Positions 9,656 to 20,232 of a stretch of DNA of 64,000 nt are shown one piece after another. The notes under the pieces were generated by a model. The model saw nothing but the letters and a program-made list of their open reading frames with translations. It was not told the DNA's origin and did not search any database. The translations under genes and the position numbers were made by a program. Origin of the DNA: Promethearchaeota archaeon (GTDB lineage: Archaea; Asgardarchaeota; Thorarchaeia; Thorarchaeales; Thorarchaeaceae); the NCBI GenBank assembly GCA_048939765.1, contig JBHLPF010000001.1:61729-125728 (forward strand), given 5' to 3'. Position 1 is the stretch's first letter. Each line of letters starts with the position of its first letter.

Positions 9656-10693
9656 GTGTGGTCTTTGATTGATGAAACATTCGAGGCTATTCAAAACTCG
9701 TCTTGGTCTTGCCCCGACTGTTCCGGTCTGATAACGGCAAACCAGGGCTATATAGTATGTGTAGAATGCGGTCTAGTAATCTCTAGAGAATACGTGTCAC
9801 CTACCTACCAGATGGGTGAAAAGGTATCTGACAGTGCACCTGATGCAAGTGTATACGTATCTCTTGGCAATCGTATGCATATTGTTGACGGGTTGGGGAG
9901 CTATATTGGCTTCCATAAGGACAGATATTTCCAGGATGCACAAGGTCAGACTCTTACAGCACGATCGCAGAAGAAATTCAAGCGGCTTAAGATGATATAC
10001 AGCACACGAATACGGATTGGCCGAAACGAGGCAAAGTATAGAGCCCTCAGAACTCTCAACCATGTTTCTAAGCTACTTATGCTAAATGAACAGGTCCGTG
10101 ATCGTACTGCCTATCTATACAAGAAGATATCCTCTGAGTCTTCAGAAAAGATTAACAACAATATCCTGCTCATAGCTGTATGCCTTCTGATGGCTGTTAG
10201 AGAGTTCAAGGACGGAGCACCAATCACCTTGGATGAGATAGCCAATACATTCGAGAAATGTGGTCATCGTGTTAACGTCAGGGCTATTGTTAGAGAGGCA
10301 TTGAAACTCAAATCGCTGACAGGTGTTGCCCCCGAAATTCGTCGTCCAGATGACTATGTGCCAAGGGTCTTGTCCATGTTGATGAACAGTGAAAAGGTGC
10401 TCAGAAAAGTGATAGCTCGTGGATGGGAGCCAAAGAAGTATGAGAATGCTCTCAGAGATAAAATCCTTGAAGTTCTAGAAATGATACCGGCTTCAAAGAG
10501 AGGAGGAAGGAACCCCTTCATATTCACTGTTTCTGCTGCCTACGCAAGCGATCGTCTAGTTGCAGATGAGCATGGAAGGCGTTCTGTACTTACTCAGAAG
10601 CTTGCCTCAGAAGCGACTGAGGTGGCTGAGTACAGCATTCGGGACCATTTCGGAATGATGAAGAAAGTGCTTGCAGTGGTTTCTCTAACCTAG
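9656..10693 (+). CDS. Divergent TFB/TFIIB-family transcription factor
   Basis: Zn ribbon CPDC..VCVECGLVI, GLGSYIG, two cyclin folds, C-terminal LTQKLASEATEVAEYSIR HTH. Confidence 0.85.
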   Translation: MWSLIDETFEAIQNSSWSCPDCSGLITANQGYIVCVECGLVISREYVSPTYQMGEKVSDSAPDASVYVSLGNRMHIVDGLGSYIGFHKDRYFQDAQGQTLTARSQKKFKRLKMIYSTRIRIGRNEAKYRALRTLNHVSKLLMLNEQVRDRTAYLYKKISSESSEKINNNILLIAVCLLMAVREFKDGAPITLDEIANTFEKCGHRVNVRAIVREALKLKSLTGVAPEIRRPDDYVPRVLSMLMNSEKVLRKVIARGWEPKKYENALRDKILEVLEMIPASKRGGRNPFIFTVSAAYASDRLVADEHGRRSVLTQKLASEATEVAEYSIRDHFGMMKKVLAVVSLT

Positions 10694-10743
10694 ATGACAA
10701 TGTGATGCCGATTTGAATTACACTCCCAAAGGCGAGGATATGA

Positions 10744-12438
10744 ATGGAGGAAGATAGGCTGGAATTGATCAGATGTCCAGACACAAGATGCAAGGATTGC
10801 TCTGAGATGACCGCGTCAGAATGCACCAGAATCTCTATGCTATTCGAAGAAGGGAATAGAAAGAAGGTGCTAATTCTGGAAGATTCGAGAAGGCTTCTTC
10901 ATCTGGGTGGACTGACTGATCCAATCCCAACAAGTCCTCCTTGGAGAGGTGATGGATGGGAATCGGTCTATATAGGTGATTGCGAGTTTCCAGACAGTGA
11001 TTGGCTTCCAGTAGATGCCTACTTGGTAGGACCATATCTTTCATTCTACTTCTCAAGAACAGGCGGAATGGAGATATTTCATCGGTCGTATCCACTAGTG
11101 AAGACTTCGATCGAGTATGGACTCATGCAGGAACTGAATGAGTCTATTGGCAGTAATCTCCAGGAATCAATAGGAAGGTCCGATGTTTCCACTCGGCTTT
11201 TGCAGGTTGCTGACAGTGTTTGTAAGAAGCTCCTGAAATCTTTGCCCGAGATAAGCACTGCGACACGAGAGAGAATTTCTACGATTGTGGCAAACAAAAC
11301 GACTGTGCTAGATACATTCCTTCCAATTCTATTGGATGATGATGTTGAAGAAGTGTACGTGGATTGTCCAGGAAAGCCAATCTATTTTGATCATCGTAGG
11401 CTAGGAAGATGTATCTCAAAATATGAGATTCATCACGAAGATGTCCCTCGTCTTACCACACTGTTACGTGCAGAGAGCAATCTCCATCTTGATAGAAGAA
11501 ATCCTTCCTTGAAGACTGATTTGAATCTCTTTGATACCAATCTGCGAGTATCTGCCAGCCTACCGCCGCTAAGCCCTGATGGATTGCACATGGAAATTCG
11601 GCGGGCGAGGAGGAATGCTTTCACCATTTTGGACCTAATTTGGAATGGAACACTGCCTATTGAAGCGGCGGCAGCGCTTCTTCTGGCACTTGGGTGCAGA
11701 TTCAACATAACGATAACCGGAGGTCCCGGGACCGGCAAGACTACTCTATTGAATGCACTTGACGCGGATAGTCCAAAAACCTGGAGAAAAATCTACATAG
11801 AAGATGCAGTAGAAAGCAGAGATCTTCGCGGTCACAACCAAGTTCGTTTCAAAGTCGACCCAGTTGATGAAGTAGATGGGCATTTTGATAAATCGTTAGA
11901 AATCGTCAAGACCCTCCATAGGTCACCAGACTATCTTGTGCTTGGTGAGATTCAAACTGCAGAACATAGCCAAGCGCTTTTCCAAGCTATTGCAGCTGGT
12001 CTTCGTGCAATACAAACCTGTCATAGCTCCTCAGCAGCCAGTCTTGTGTCACGTTGGATCACTGGACATAATATCGACAAATCCAGTATCGCCATGATGG
12101 ATTTGATTGTGACAATGGTACGACCAGTACCCGGAGAGTCGATTAGGAGAGTCAGTGAGATTGTTGAAGTGCAACGAGAGGTTTCAGAAGGTGTACTCAA
12201 ATTCGTAGGACTCAGTACTGTCTACAATTGTAATTCATCCCAAGATTTGCATTGGGCAACGGACGGCGCGTATCTTTCTTATGCACGGGCAGCTGGACAT
12301 GAAAGCCACATCCAAGCATACGACAGAATAATTGATCACCTATCCAAGAGATTACGAACAGCAGACAGGAGCAATGGTCGAACATTGGGAAAAGATGTCT
12401 GGACTGAAGGACTGCCATTGTGGTTTGCACACATCTGA
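10744..12438 (+). CDS. Type IV pilus/secretion ATPase (CpaF/VirB11/ArlI family)
   Basis: ILLDDDVEEVYV, SLPPLS, GGPGTGKTTLLNAL, IEDAVE, LHRSPDYLVLGEI, QTCH. Confidence 0.9.
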   Translation: MEEDRLELIRCPDTRCKDCSEMTASECTRISMLFEEGNRKKVLILEDSRRLLHLGGLTDPIPTSPPWRGDGWESVYIGDCEFPDSDWLPVDAYLVGPYLSFYFSRTGGMEIFHRSYPLVKTSIEYGLMQELNESIGSNLQESIGRSDVSTRLLQVADSVCKKLLKSLPEISTATRERISTIVANKTTVLDTFLPILLDDDVEEVYVDCPGKPIYFDHRRLGRCISKYEIHHEDVPRLTTLLRAESNLHLDRRNPSLKTDLNLFDTNLRVSASLPPLSPDGLHMEIRRARRNAFTILDLIWNGTLPIEAAAALLLALGCRFNITITGGPGTGKTTLLNALDADSPKTWRKIYIEDAVESRDLRGHNQVRFKVDPVDEVDGHFDKSLEIVKTLHRSPDYLVLGEIQTAEHSQALFQAIAAGLRAIQTCHSSSAASLVSRWITGHNIDKSSIAMMDLIVTMVRPVPGESIRRVSEIVEVQREVSEGVLKFVGLSTVYNCNSSQDLHWATDGAYLSYARAAGHESHIQAYDRIIDHLSKRLRTADRSNGRTLGKDVWTEGLPLWFAHI

Positions 12439-12513
12439 GGCTATCTTGTTTCGTTTCTGTCTTTGAGGGTAGTTAAAATACCATTCCATGGACAGGTAAT
12501 CAGGTGGAATTCT

Positions 12514-12708
12514 ATGTACGACCCGATAAGGGATGAAAAGGGCGGTCCGCTGGTTGAGGAGAGTCTCCTGCTTGGTATTGCAGTAGTCACCGTATCGATA
12601 GTCATTGCTGTGATACTTCAGGCAACAGGTTGGGCACAAGACGTTGTGGCAGGACTCTTTCAGATTCTTGAAGACAGCTGGAGTAGCTTCACAAGTCTAT
12701 TTCCATGA
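12514..12708 (+). CDS. Small Flp-like/class III signal-peptide pilin
   Basis: MYDPIRDEKG|GPLVEESLLLGIAVV: KG cleavage site, Glu at +5, hydrophobic helix; AGGTGG SD-like sequence upstream; follows the ATPase. Confidence 0.7.
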   Translation: MYDPIRDEKGGPLVEESLLLGIAVVTVSIVIAVILQATGWAQDVVAGLFQILEDSWSSFTSLFP

Positions 12709-12805
12709 TAAGTGAAACACTGCTGATGTGATTTTGGTCACGATTTGGGGAAAGCCTTATTTGTAGTCTAGAGTGAGCACACCCGCTCCGGACTGGTGCG
12801 CCTTA

Positions 12806-12913
12806 GCTCCGGTAGATGATTCATGAAATCCATGATACAACCGTATGTAGTCCGGCCCAGCATGAGGGACTCTCGATCCCTCGACCCGGGTTCGAATCCC
12901 GGCCGGAGCACCA
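12806..12913 (+). tRNA. tRNA-Glu(CTC) with 30-nt intron at position 10/11 (12816-12845), encoded CCA
   Basis: GCTCCGG/CCGGAGC acceptor; AGGGA-CT-CTC-GA-TCCCT; BHB central helix CGGT/ACCG with bulges AG|A and TA|T. Confidence 0.9.
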
Positions 12914-12919
12914 ATTCTA

Positions 12920-14884
12920 CTATCTTCCTATTAGACGCCGCCGCCACAGAACTGGTATGCTAGCAAGCATGACTGATACACCAAGACTGATCAAAATGAA
13001 AGGAATTCCTACGCCTTGGGCAGCCATTGCTTCTGTGCTAGAAATGATAAGGACATGGTAGCCAGTAGAAGATTGTGTGAACGCGGCTTCCTCTGTTTCA
13101 TAATAGAGGTTATAGACGCCTGATTCCGTAGGAATGCGAAGAGCAATCTCAACGATACCCGAATCGTGACTCTTAGTAAGACTCCGTTGACCTAACCACT
13201 CATAGTGCAGATTCACATCTTCTAGAGGGGTGCCATTCAACGCTATGATGGACAATTGAACTGTAATTTCTTGAAGAGATGGATAGACGGAGTAATTCAC
13301 CATATTCACAGATACTGGAACGACTCTGCTGACAATGATTTCATATTCTAGGACTACGGGCAGTTCGTAGTTCAATGTGCTACCGTTATAGCCTATGACT
13401 AACAGATAGGGACCTTCTACTGAAGAAATGGGGAATTTCGCTTCGGTAACACCCTCACTATTGGTAGTAGAGGTGGTCACCAAGTGGTTTCCAATTTGCC
13501 AGGCAATTGATCGTTCTGGTATATAGATTCCACCGGCATTTAGCTGAATTTGGAATGTCACAACTTGAGAAGGGGATGCATAGCCCAGTATGCTTTGATA
13601 AATCATGATGATATTCGGCTGCGACCAGACTATCACTGGGATTATTCTAGTCTTATTTATCAAGAATGAATGCGAAACTTCGAAGTGTAGATTTCTAGGC
13701 CCAAGGGGACCATGGAACGTAATGTGCGACATAGTTTTGATTTGTCCAAAGGAGAATGAAATCAAACGTGACTCGTTGGTGAGTTCATCGTACAATATTA
13801 TAGTGGCATTGGGAATCGGTCTCATTAAGAGATCATAGAGTGTCACTTGGACTTCACTTTCTACTCCTACTGAGATTGGATCTGGCAACTCAATGTAAAT
13901 TGCTGCGGGGCTTATTACAGATATGTCAAATTCGATGTATGATGGTGCATAACGGAATGTCCCCGAATATTCTATCCTAATGCTGTGTATCCCAAGTATA
14001 TACCGTGAATCAATATCCAGGCTGAACCTGGCAACACCATTCATGTCGCTCACGATAGCATCTATTGGGTTTTCATCAAGAAACACAACAAGTGATGCGT
14101 CAGAGTGATTCTGACCCTCAGCTTGAATTGTCATCTGCACCCAGAATGAATCATTCAAATGAACGGTAGAGTTGTAGGAATCTTCTAGTTCAATAGATGT
14201 TGCTATTTGTTGAATGTTCACAGATATCAAACTCTGTGAACTGTTTAGAAATCGTGCCATATCCTGTTCGAAAACTATTCTCAACGTATTCTGTCCAGTT
14301 ATGCACCATGTGCCATTGCAATCTATAATGAAAGTTGCATAGCCGCTGGCATTCGTTGGAGCAACTGCTAGGAGTGTGTCTTCACTATAAACAGCCATAG
14401 TGACCCCACTAATTGATGCATTATGGTCATCAGTGATTTTGGCAATGAGAGCAGTTTCATCCTCTGGATGAATAGAGTTCTCGTCGACCTGAACCTCTAT
14501 GACAGTCGCAGAAACCACAATGACAGAAGACCATTGGCAGGAAGAAGATAAGGAAAGCGAGGTGTTTCCCTCAAATGTTACGTTTAGCATGGATGGCCCT
14601 AAGGGATGATTAATCGAAACGTTCCAAGACACTGTTGCATAGCCATTTGTGTCTGTCAAGGCAGACCCAATGAGGACGTCTTGGGTCTGATCGTAGAAGA
14701 AAAGACGCTGATTAGCAACCGGATTTCCGTAAGTGCCGTTTTGAAGGAGTCTTGCAGTAATAGGCAATGAATCTCCACGTACCACAACAGGGATTTCCTC
14801 TGCCGATGCTACATCTGCAGTCAAACTAGATACCAAGACCAGTGCCGCCGATATCATTACTATTCCTATGCAGACTCGCTTCAA
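12920..14884 (-). CDS. Membrane-anchored surface protein with Ig-like repeats
   Basis: Signal peptide, repeated TDTNGYA/TNASGYA/DMNGVA/TNSEGVT motifs, C-terminal TM helix plus WRRR. Confidence 0.8.
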   Translation of the reverse strand: MKRVCIGIVMISAALVLVSSLTADVASAEEIPVVVRGDSLPITARLLQNGTYGNPVANQRLFFYDQTQDVLIGSALTDTNGYATVSWNVSINHPLGPSMLNVTFEGNTSLSLSSSCQWSSVIVVSATVIEVQVDENSIHPEDETALIAKITDDHNASISGVTMAVYSEDTLLAVAPTNASGYATFIIDCNGTWCITGQNTLRIVFEQDMARFLNSSQSLISVNIQQIATSIELEDSYNSTVHLNDSFWVQMTIQAEGQNHSDASLVVFLDENPIDAIVSDMNGVARFSLDIDSRYILGIHSIRIEYSGTFRYAPSYIEFDISVISPAAIYIELPDPISVGVESEVQVTLYDLLMRPIPNATIILYDELTNESRLISFSFGQIKTMSHITFHGPLGPRNLHFEVSHSFLINKTRIIPVIVWSQPNIIMIYQSILGYASPSQVVTFQIQLNAGGIYIPERSIAWQIGNHLVTTSTTNSEGVTEAKFPISSVEGPYLLVIGYNGSTLNYELPVVLEYEIIVSRVVPVSVNMVNYSVYPSLQEITVQLSIIALNGTPLEDVNLHYEWLGQRSLTKSHDSGIVEIALRIPTESGVYNLYYETEEAAFTQSSTGYHVLIISSTEAMAAQGVGIPFILISLGVSVMLASIPVLWRRRLIGR

Positions 14885-15105
14885 ACATAGTCACTCCGTT
14901 TCTTGTGATAGTAGATTGCAACTATGCAAAAGACTCATGCATTGTGCGTTCTGAGTTCTCTCATGAGTCTGTATTCGAGTTTTTAATCTCCTATCGAACC
15001 ATCAGATTCTGGGGGAGTTCATATGTAATTGTGAATCACCAAGGGTAGACTGTAAATTCGTAAGAGGCATTCACAGTGCTCTAGCTCCGGACGGGTGATA
15101 ACACA

Positions 15106-18100
15106 GTGTCCAGCCATGAATTAAGCAAGGGAGACCGATTTAGAGTACCATCTAGGAAGGATCTTCCAGGGCTGTGGAAATGGATTGAGCTTGGATGGCT
15201 CACTAGCATTTCTATCTTGACTCTTTACTTCATAGTAGTCTACTTGCTCCCGTTACTGGGACTAATCACCCCAGTTTCAATCCCATCGAAACTGTTCATT
15301 GAAGTCATAATCTCCATAGGTCCGGTGTTGATGGGTGTGCTAGTGGCTCGCAGAAAGCTAGCCTTCGAGCAATCATTGACTGCAGTTTTGGATGATGATT
15401 TAGTGGCAATGAACATTGGAAACCATATTGTGGCAACATGCTGCCTTGATATCATGTCTGCACCCGGCTCAGTCCATATTTCTCGGAATGATCGACCGGA
15501 ATACGCTACTGCTTTCCTTTTAGCACTTCGCGCAGGAATGAATGAGAAGGTCAGTATGGCATATGAGGTGGGTGTATGGAGAGGTGAGGCTTTTCTGCGG
15601 ATTTTCATAACTGGAATAGGCAAGAGTAAGGAAGAGGTTGGGAATATTCTTAGACATGAGGCGACTCGAGCAGAGGCTATTTTGATATCCTCCCTTAACA
15701 ATGTGGAACTCCATCAGCTTAGAGGAGAAAGCCTCAGGGATGCGGTGTCAGGCATCCTATCTCTTGACTTGGAAGGTAACTCATCCAGAGAGCTGCATAC
15801 CGTATTGTTGCTGATTAATGGAGAGCCGCGCGTCGCGCCCAGTCTGGAAAGCTCTCAGATTGGAACTTTCCTCTCTGTTTCACTTCGGCAAGGATACGAT
15901 GTAAGTCTCACATGTGTCTTTTCGAAAGCTAAACCTGGTCGTGAACAGAGAAAACTGGAAGGGCAATGGAAAACAATTCGGGAGAAAGAGAAACGGAACG
16001 AAGACTCCTTGGCAGACCATTCAGAGAAGAAGAAGCTGTTACGCGATTATGAGGAGATACAGGAGAATACTGGCTGGTTTGATTCCTCAGTTTCTCTTGC
16101 GGTAAGAACAGACGATTCTGAACATCTTTCAAGCATTCAGGAGGCGGTGTGCGGTGTTGTTCACTCCATATGGGGAGGAGATGGCAAAGTCAAGTTGAAA
16201 CCTAAAGCTATAGGAAAGAATGTAGCTTACAGGCTTCTTCTTAGAAGACATATTACATCGCAAAGGACTCACGTGAGTAGATTGGCTGCTTTCTTGAATA
16301 CACCGGTCCAGCAGTTGCCTGTCATTGCTGCATCCCCTGTGCCCGCCTTCACAATTCCATCAAGAAAGTTGGTGAACAACGAGTTCGTCATTGGAAAGGC
16401 TGTTTTTGGCGGACGGCGAATAAATGATGTCGGTTTGAAACCCGAATGGCTCCGGGAGCATGTAGCTGTACTTGGAGCAACAGGCACAGGAAAGACTACT
16501 CTTGTGAAACACCTTATTGCCGAACTAAGTAAGAAGTCGAGTGTTCCATGGTGGATCTTTGATGTGAAAGGATCTGAGTACCAAGAATTGGTGAACCTTT
16601 GTGACGATGATATCCTGGTATTGAAACCTGGAGTAGATCCATCGTTCGTAATTGATTTCATGGATCCAGAGACTGATTCTGGCGAGAGACATGCACACAC
16701 TACGTTTGCAATATTGAAAGAACTCCTAAACGAGAGAGGTGTTTCTTCAGAACTCTCGCCTGCAATGGAAAAGCTTCTTCGTGAAGCGGTGTTAGAGGTT
16801 GCGCATGCATCAAGTAATGACAACTCGATTCAAGCATTGATTCGTGAGATATCAGATCTTGCAGGAAAGGATCGGACCGCTATCATGACGAGAGATGCAC
16901 TCCTTAATCGTCTGGAGATTCTATCTAGAGAACCCCTCGGGACCATTCTGAGTGGTGGTCGAAACGCAGTAAGGATCTCAAATCTTATGGATAAGAGGGT
17001 GATTCTTGATCTGCAGTATGTTGCTAGGACGGGTGGAATGGATGCGGCACGTTTGTTATACAATCTCATAGCTAAACGCATCTTTGACTATGCATTACAC
17101 AGAGGGATAAAGCCAGGTCTTCATCATTTAGTAGTCCTCGAAGAAGCCAGCAATCTTGTACCTGAAAGCTATACGAGGCATACAGCTGCAGATGTCACCA
17201 CAGGAGAGTCCATGGTTATGCTCCAGCGGGCAACAGGACAAGGTGTAGTTGTAATATCAACTCGACCGAATGTTTCTTCGAATATTCTGGCAAACACAGC
17301 CACGAAAATTGCCTTTCGACTTCCGTATGATAGTCCCATTGGTGCCAGATTCATGTCCCTTGATGATGAACAAGAACGGTATCTCAAGACACTGAAGCGT
17401 GGAAGAGCGCTGATTGTCTTGCCAGGGACAGAACCGTTCGAGATAGCAACTCGACCATTTGAAATGGCCAGCATTCTTGAGAGACCGCCTTTGGAGCCAA
17501 GTATTCATGATGAAAGAGAGATTCCAGAGTCTAAAGATGCATCTATAGAACATGATACAACAATTCAATCTGGAAGCTTTGACTCTTCTTCAAAGCCAAT
17601 GGGAGCAGTGTATGACCGATTGGGAGAATTGGGGTCGCATATTGTTGCGTTTCTTGCCTCTCGGAATATGGCAACCCAAGCTGAAATGGAAGAGATTTTG
17701 ACAGCAATCGATCCAAGAATGGAAAGTAGCGACATAAACGAGGTTATTCGTGACTTGGTTTCCTTGGGGACCATTGAGAGAGAAGCTTTACCAATTGTGC
17801 CAGGCGACTTCATTTTTACTTTGCCGGGAAGAGGACTTGATGCAGTAAGCATGATGATAACTGACTATATCATCGAGAAGCTTGGTTTGCATGATGTCAC
17901 ATGGGAACGAAATCTAGATGACAGGCCTGATATCGTTCTTGACGACAGGGCGATATTGATACTTCCTCAACATCTCAAAGCATCATCAATGAAAACAACA
18001 GTGAACAAAATTCGGAATTATATGAATAATCTGGGTAATGATTTCATCGAATTGGTTGTTGTCGTCAGAGGGAGTGTTGCTGCAGCCAAGCTCAGAGAAA

Positions 18101-18882
18101 CAATGAGTGAAACAAATGAGTTTGATGCAGTAAGCATAGTTTCAGCTTTTCCTAGTTCACTTGATGCAATGATTGAGAACCTAGCAATGGGAACCTCGAC
18201 TAATGTAGGCTTGACAACTAGCGAGCATAAAACCCGGGCTGATGCTGGAGTGAATCTCATTGGCGCTATGCATGGTGTTGGAACAGCGACAAACCGTGCA
18301 ATACAGATGCGACTGTGGTTTCAGTTGATACAAGATTTCGTGGATTTGTCAAATGGTAGAACCGAATGGAATGTCTTGCTAGAGTTCATTGAAACAACTG
18401 CCCTTCAATCACTTAGGGGGAAAACCACTCCAATGAATATAGAAGAAGGAAAGCGTGCATTGACAGAGCTGCTAGCGGATGAAGTCCTGATGGCTTTGCG
18501 CGTTGGAAATGATCTTGATTTCATTGATTTGGAGGAGGGCCTTTGGATTGTGAACTCTGGTGAGCTAGGAAAACTCAAGGATTCAGCTGTAGATGCTCTT
18601 GAAAAGGAACTACGAAAACGGCAGAATTCGGTTTCCCGCGATCATGGCTACTATGATCTCTGTACAAATGGTGTTTCTTACGTGGTCTTTCCGAATCAGC
18701 AACAGCTCAATACGCTGCTTCACCTTCAAAGTGATATTGCATGCAGGACTTGCAAGTCAAGACGAATTGTCTGTGTGCTGACTGCTGCTGAGTATCTTGA
18801 GGAAACAATGGTTATGCCGGACAACGTCCTACTCTATGACTTCTCGGAGTATGTTTCTGTAGCCAGTGCGGCAGGACAATAA
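15106..18882 (+). CDS. Large membrane-anchored HerA/VirB4-FtsK family ATPase (DUF87-like) with long C-terminal extension
   Basis: Two N-terminal TM helices; HVAVLGATGTGKT, IFDVKGSEY, VVLEEA, ILANTATKIAFRL. Confidence 0.85.
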   Translation: MSSHELSKGDRFRVPSRKDLPGLWKWIELGWLTSISILTLYFIVVYLLPLLGLITPVSIPSKLFIEVIISIGPVLMGVLVARRKLAFEQSLTAVLDDDLVAMNIGNHIVATCCLDIMSAPGSVHISRNDRPEYATAFLLALRAGMNEKVSMAYEVGVWRGEAFLRIFITGIGKSKEEVGNILRHEATRAEAILISSLNNVELHQLRGESLRDAVSGILSLDLEGNSSRELHTVLLLINGEPRVAPSLESSQIGTFLSVSLRQGYDVSLTCVFSKAKPGREQRKLEGQWKTIREKEKRNEDSLADHSEKKKLLRDYEEIQENTGWFDSSVSLAVRTDDSEHLSSIQEAVCGVVHSIWGGDGKVKLKPKAIGKNVAYRLLLRRHITSQRTHVSRLAAFLNTPVQQLPVIAASPVPAFTIPSRKLVNNEFVIGKAVFGGRRINDVGLKPEWLREHVAVLGATGTGKTTLVKHLIAELSKKSSVPWWIFDVKGSEYQELVNLCDDDILVLKPGVDPSFVIDFMDPETDSGERHAHTTFAILKELLNERGVSSELSPAMEKLLREAVLEVAHASSNDNSIQALIREISDLAGKDRTAIMTRDALLNRLEILSREPLGTILSGGRNAVRISNLMDKRVILDLQYVARTGGMDAARLLYNLIAKRIFDYALHRGIKPGLHHLVVLEEASNLVPESYTRHTAADVTTGESMVMLQRATGQGVVVISTRPNVSSNILANTATKIAFRLPYDSPIGARFMSLDDEQERYLKTLKRGRALIVLPGTEPFEIATRPFEMASILERPPLEPSIHDEREIPESKDASIEHDTTIQSGSFDSSSKPMGAVYDRLGELGSHIVAFLASRNMATQAEMEEILTAIDPRMESSDINEVIRDLVSLGTIEREALPIVPGDFIFTLPGRGLDAVSMMITDYIIEKLGLHDVTWERNLDDRPDIVLDDRAILILPQHLKASSMKTTVNKIRNYMNNLGNDFIELVVVVRGSVAAAKLRETMSETNEFDAVSIVSAFPSSLDAMIENLAMGTSTNVGLTTSEHKTRADAGVNLIGAMHGVGTATNRAIQMRLWFQLIQDFVDLSNGRTEWNVLLEFIETTALQSLRGKTTPMNIEEGKRALTELLADEVLMALRVGNDLDFIDLEEGLWIVNSGELGKLKDSAVDALEKELRKRQNSVSRDHGYYDLCTNGVSYVVFPNQQQLNTLLHLQSDIACRTCKSRRIVCVLTAAEYLEETMVMPDNVLLYDFSEYVSVASAAGQ

Positions 18883-18891
18883 TCATGGAAA

Positions 18892-19695
18892 TTAGAGTCG
18901 TATCTTTGTGCATCGGGGTGTCTTTCCAGAAAGCAAAGCGGACAATCGATTGGGCACTCCAAGATTGAATATTGCTATGTCTATTTCAAGACCAGCTAGT
19001 GTGAAGATATCGCCAAGTTTCTTTTCCATTCCACCCGTGACGTCGGTAGCTGAGGATGGACCGGCTCTGTCAAGAATCGTGTTTATGTTTGTTGCATCGA
19101 CTACCTCTATATGAGCCGCCTTTGGATTGATCCGAGGATTTTCCTCAAGAACTCCATCCACGTCTGTTCCAATGTAGAGAGAAGTGGCTTTTAGATTCCT
19201 AGCAAGATAGACGGCAATTGTATCACCACTGAGAATAGAAGCACCAAGAGATTCGTCGAAGCAGACATCTCCATGTGTGATGACAGTAAGGCCAGAATGA
19301 ATTACCCTCTCAATGAATGATGTCTGAAAGCTGACGAGTTCTTTGTTATCTAGGCTGGCTATAAGAAAGGGTGATATTACAACTCCACGAATGCCTGCCT
19401 CATTCAGACTTTGTTCGACTGCAGTTGAAAGGACTGACATATTATGACGTATTGATGGGATTCCCCGAAGTAATTGTTCTGATGAAGTTAGTGGATCACC
19501 AAAGCCATGTCTGTGAGCCGCTTGATGTCCATGTGCACCGCCACCTAGAATAATAATCAGCGGCGCGATGGAGGTCTTTAATTCTTGAGCAATTCGGGAT
19601 AGATTCTCCTGATTGACTGTGGGAGGAGACATACCCTTGTGAGTTATGACGGATCCTCCCAGCTTTACTATTGTAAGGCTATTCACATCTAACAC
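18892..19695 (-). CDS. ipk: Isopentenyl phosphate kinase
   Basis: VKLGGSVITHK, GGGAHGH, HGDV, SGDTI, TDVTGGM. Confidence 0.9.
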   Translation of the reverse strand: MLDVNSLTIVKLGGSVITHKGMSPPTVNQENLSRIAQELKTSIAPLIIILGGGAHGHQAAHRHGFGDPLTSSEQLLRGIPSIRHNMSVLSTAVEQSLNEAGIRGVVISPFLIASLDNKELVSFQTSFIERVIHSGLTVITHGDVCFDESLGASILSGDTIAVYLARNLKATSLYIGTDVDGVLEENPRINPKAAHIEVVDATNINTILDRAGPSSATDVTGGMEKKLGDIFTLAGLEIDIAIFNLGVPNRLSALLSGKTPRCTKIRL

Positions 19696-19746
19696 TTGTT
19701 TCGTTTGGTCGTTTTCATACTTATGGACATTGTTATCCAGATTGCA

Positions 19747-19760
19747 AGAACACGTGTTCT
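19747..19760. promoter_or_regulatory. Perfect palindrome AGAACACGTGTTCT in the ipk/rps10 divergent promoter
   Basis: Same GAACACGTGTTC core as the two copies flanking the putative origin. Confidence 0.5.
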
Positions 19761-19840
19761 AGGTCACTACACAAGACAACCTTTTTATCCGAATAGAATT
19801 CCGTTGCGTCATCCACCTCGAAAACGAGGCTGAACCAATA

Positions 19841-20152
19841 ATGACCCAGAAAGCACGGATTCGACTGTCAAGCACGAGTACAGAACACCTAGATGGTGTC
19901 TGTAATCAGATTAGACGTATAACTCGCAAGACAGGAGTCCGAATGTCTGGTCCAATTCCATTACCTACACGAAGAATGGTCATTCCTACACGCAAGACCC
20001 CATGCGGACAAGGATCTGAGTCATGGGACAAGTGGGAGATGAGAATTCACAAACGTTTGATTGACATCGACGCGGATGAACGTGCGATTCGTCAAATCAT
20101 GCGAGTACGAATCCCTGACTCTGTCTATATTGAAATCGAACTCACCGGTTAG
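19841..20152 (+). CDS. rps10: 30S ribosomal protein uS10
   Basis: [28 protein letters not shown]. Confidence 0.98.
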   Translation: MTQKARIRLSSTSTEHLDGVCNQIRRITRKTGVRMSGPIPLPTRRMVIPTRKTPCGQGSESWDKWEMRIHKRLIDIDADERAIRQIMRVRIPDSVYIEIELTG

Positions 20153-20232
20153 GACATTTGTGTCATCTACACAAACTCTTTTTGGTGGAGAGTTATTGTT
20201 GTGCATCCATAGTGAGTCTGAGGACCTTGTAG

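Noticed and set aside
9656-18882. Integrated conjugative element or provirus at tRNA-Glu
   Set aside because: No integrase, relaxase, capsid genes or flanking att repeat seen; core genes are interspersed
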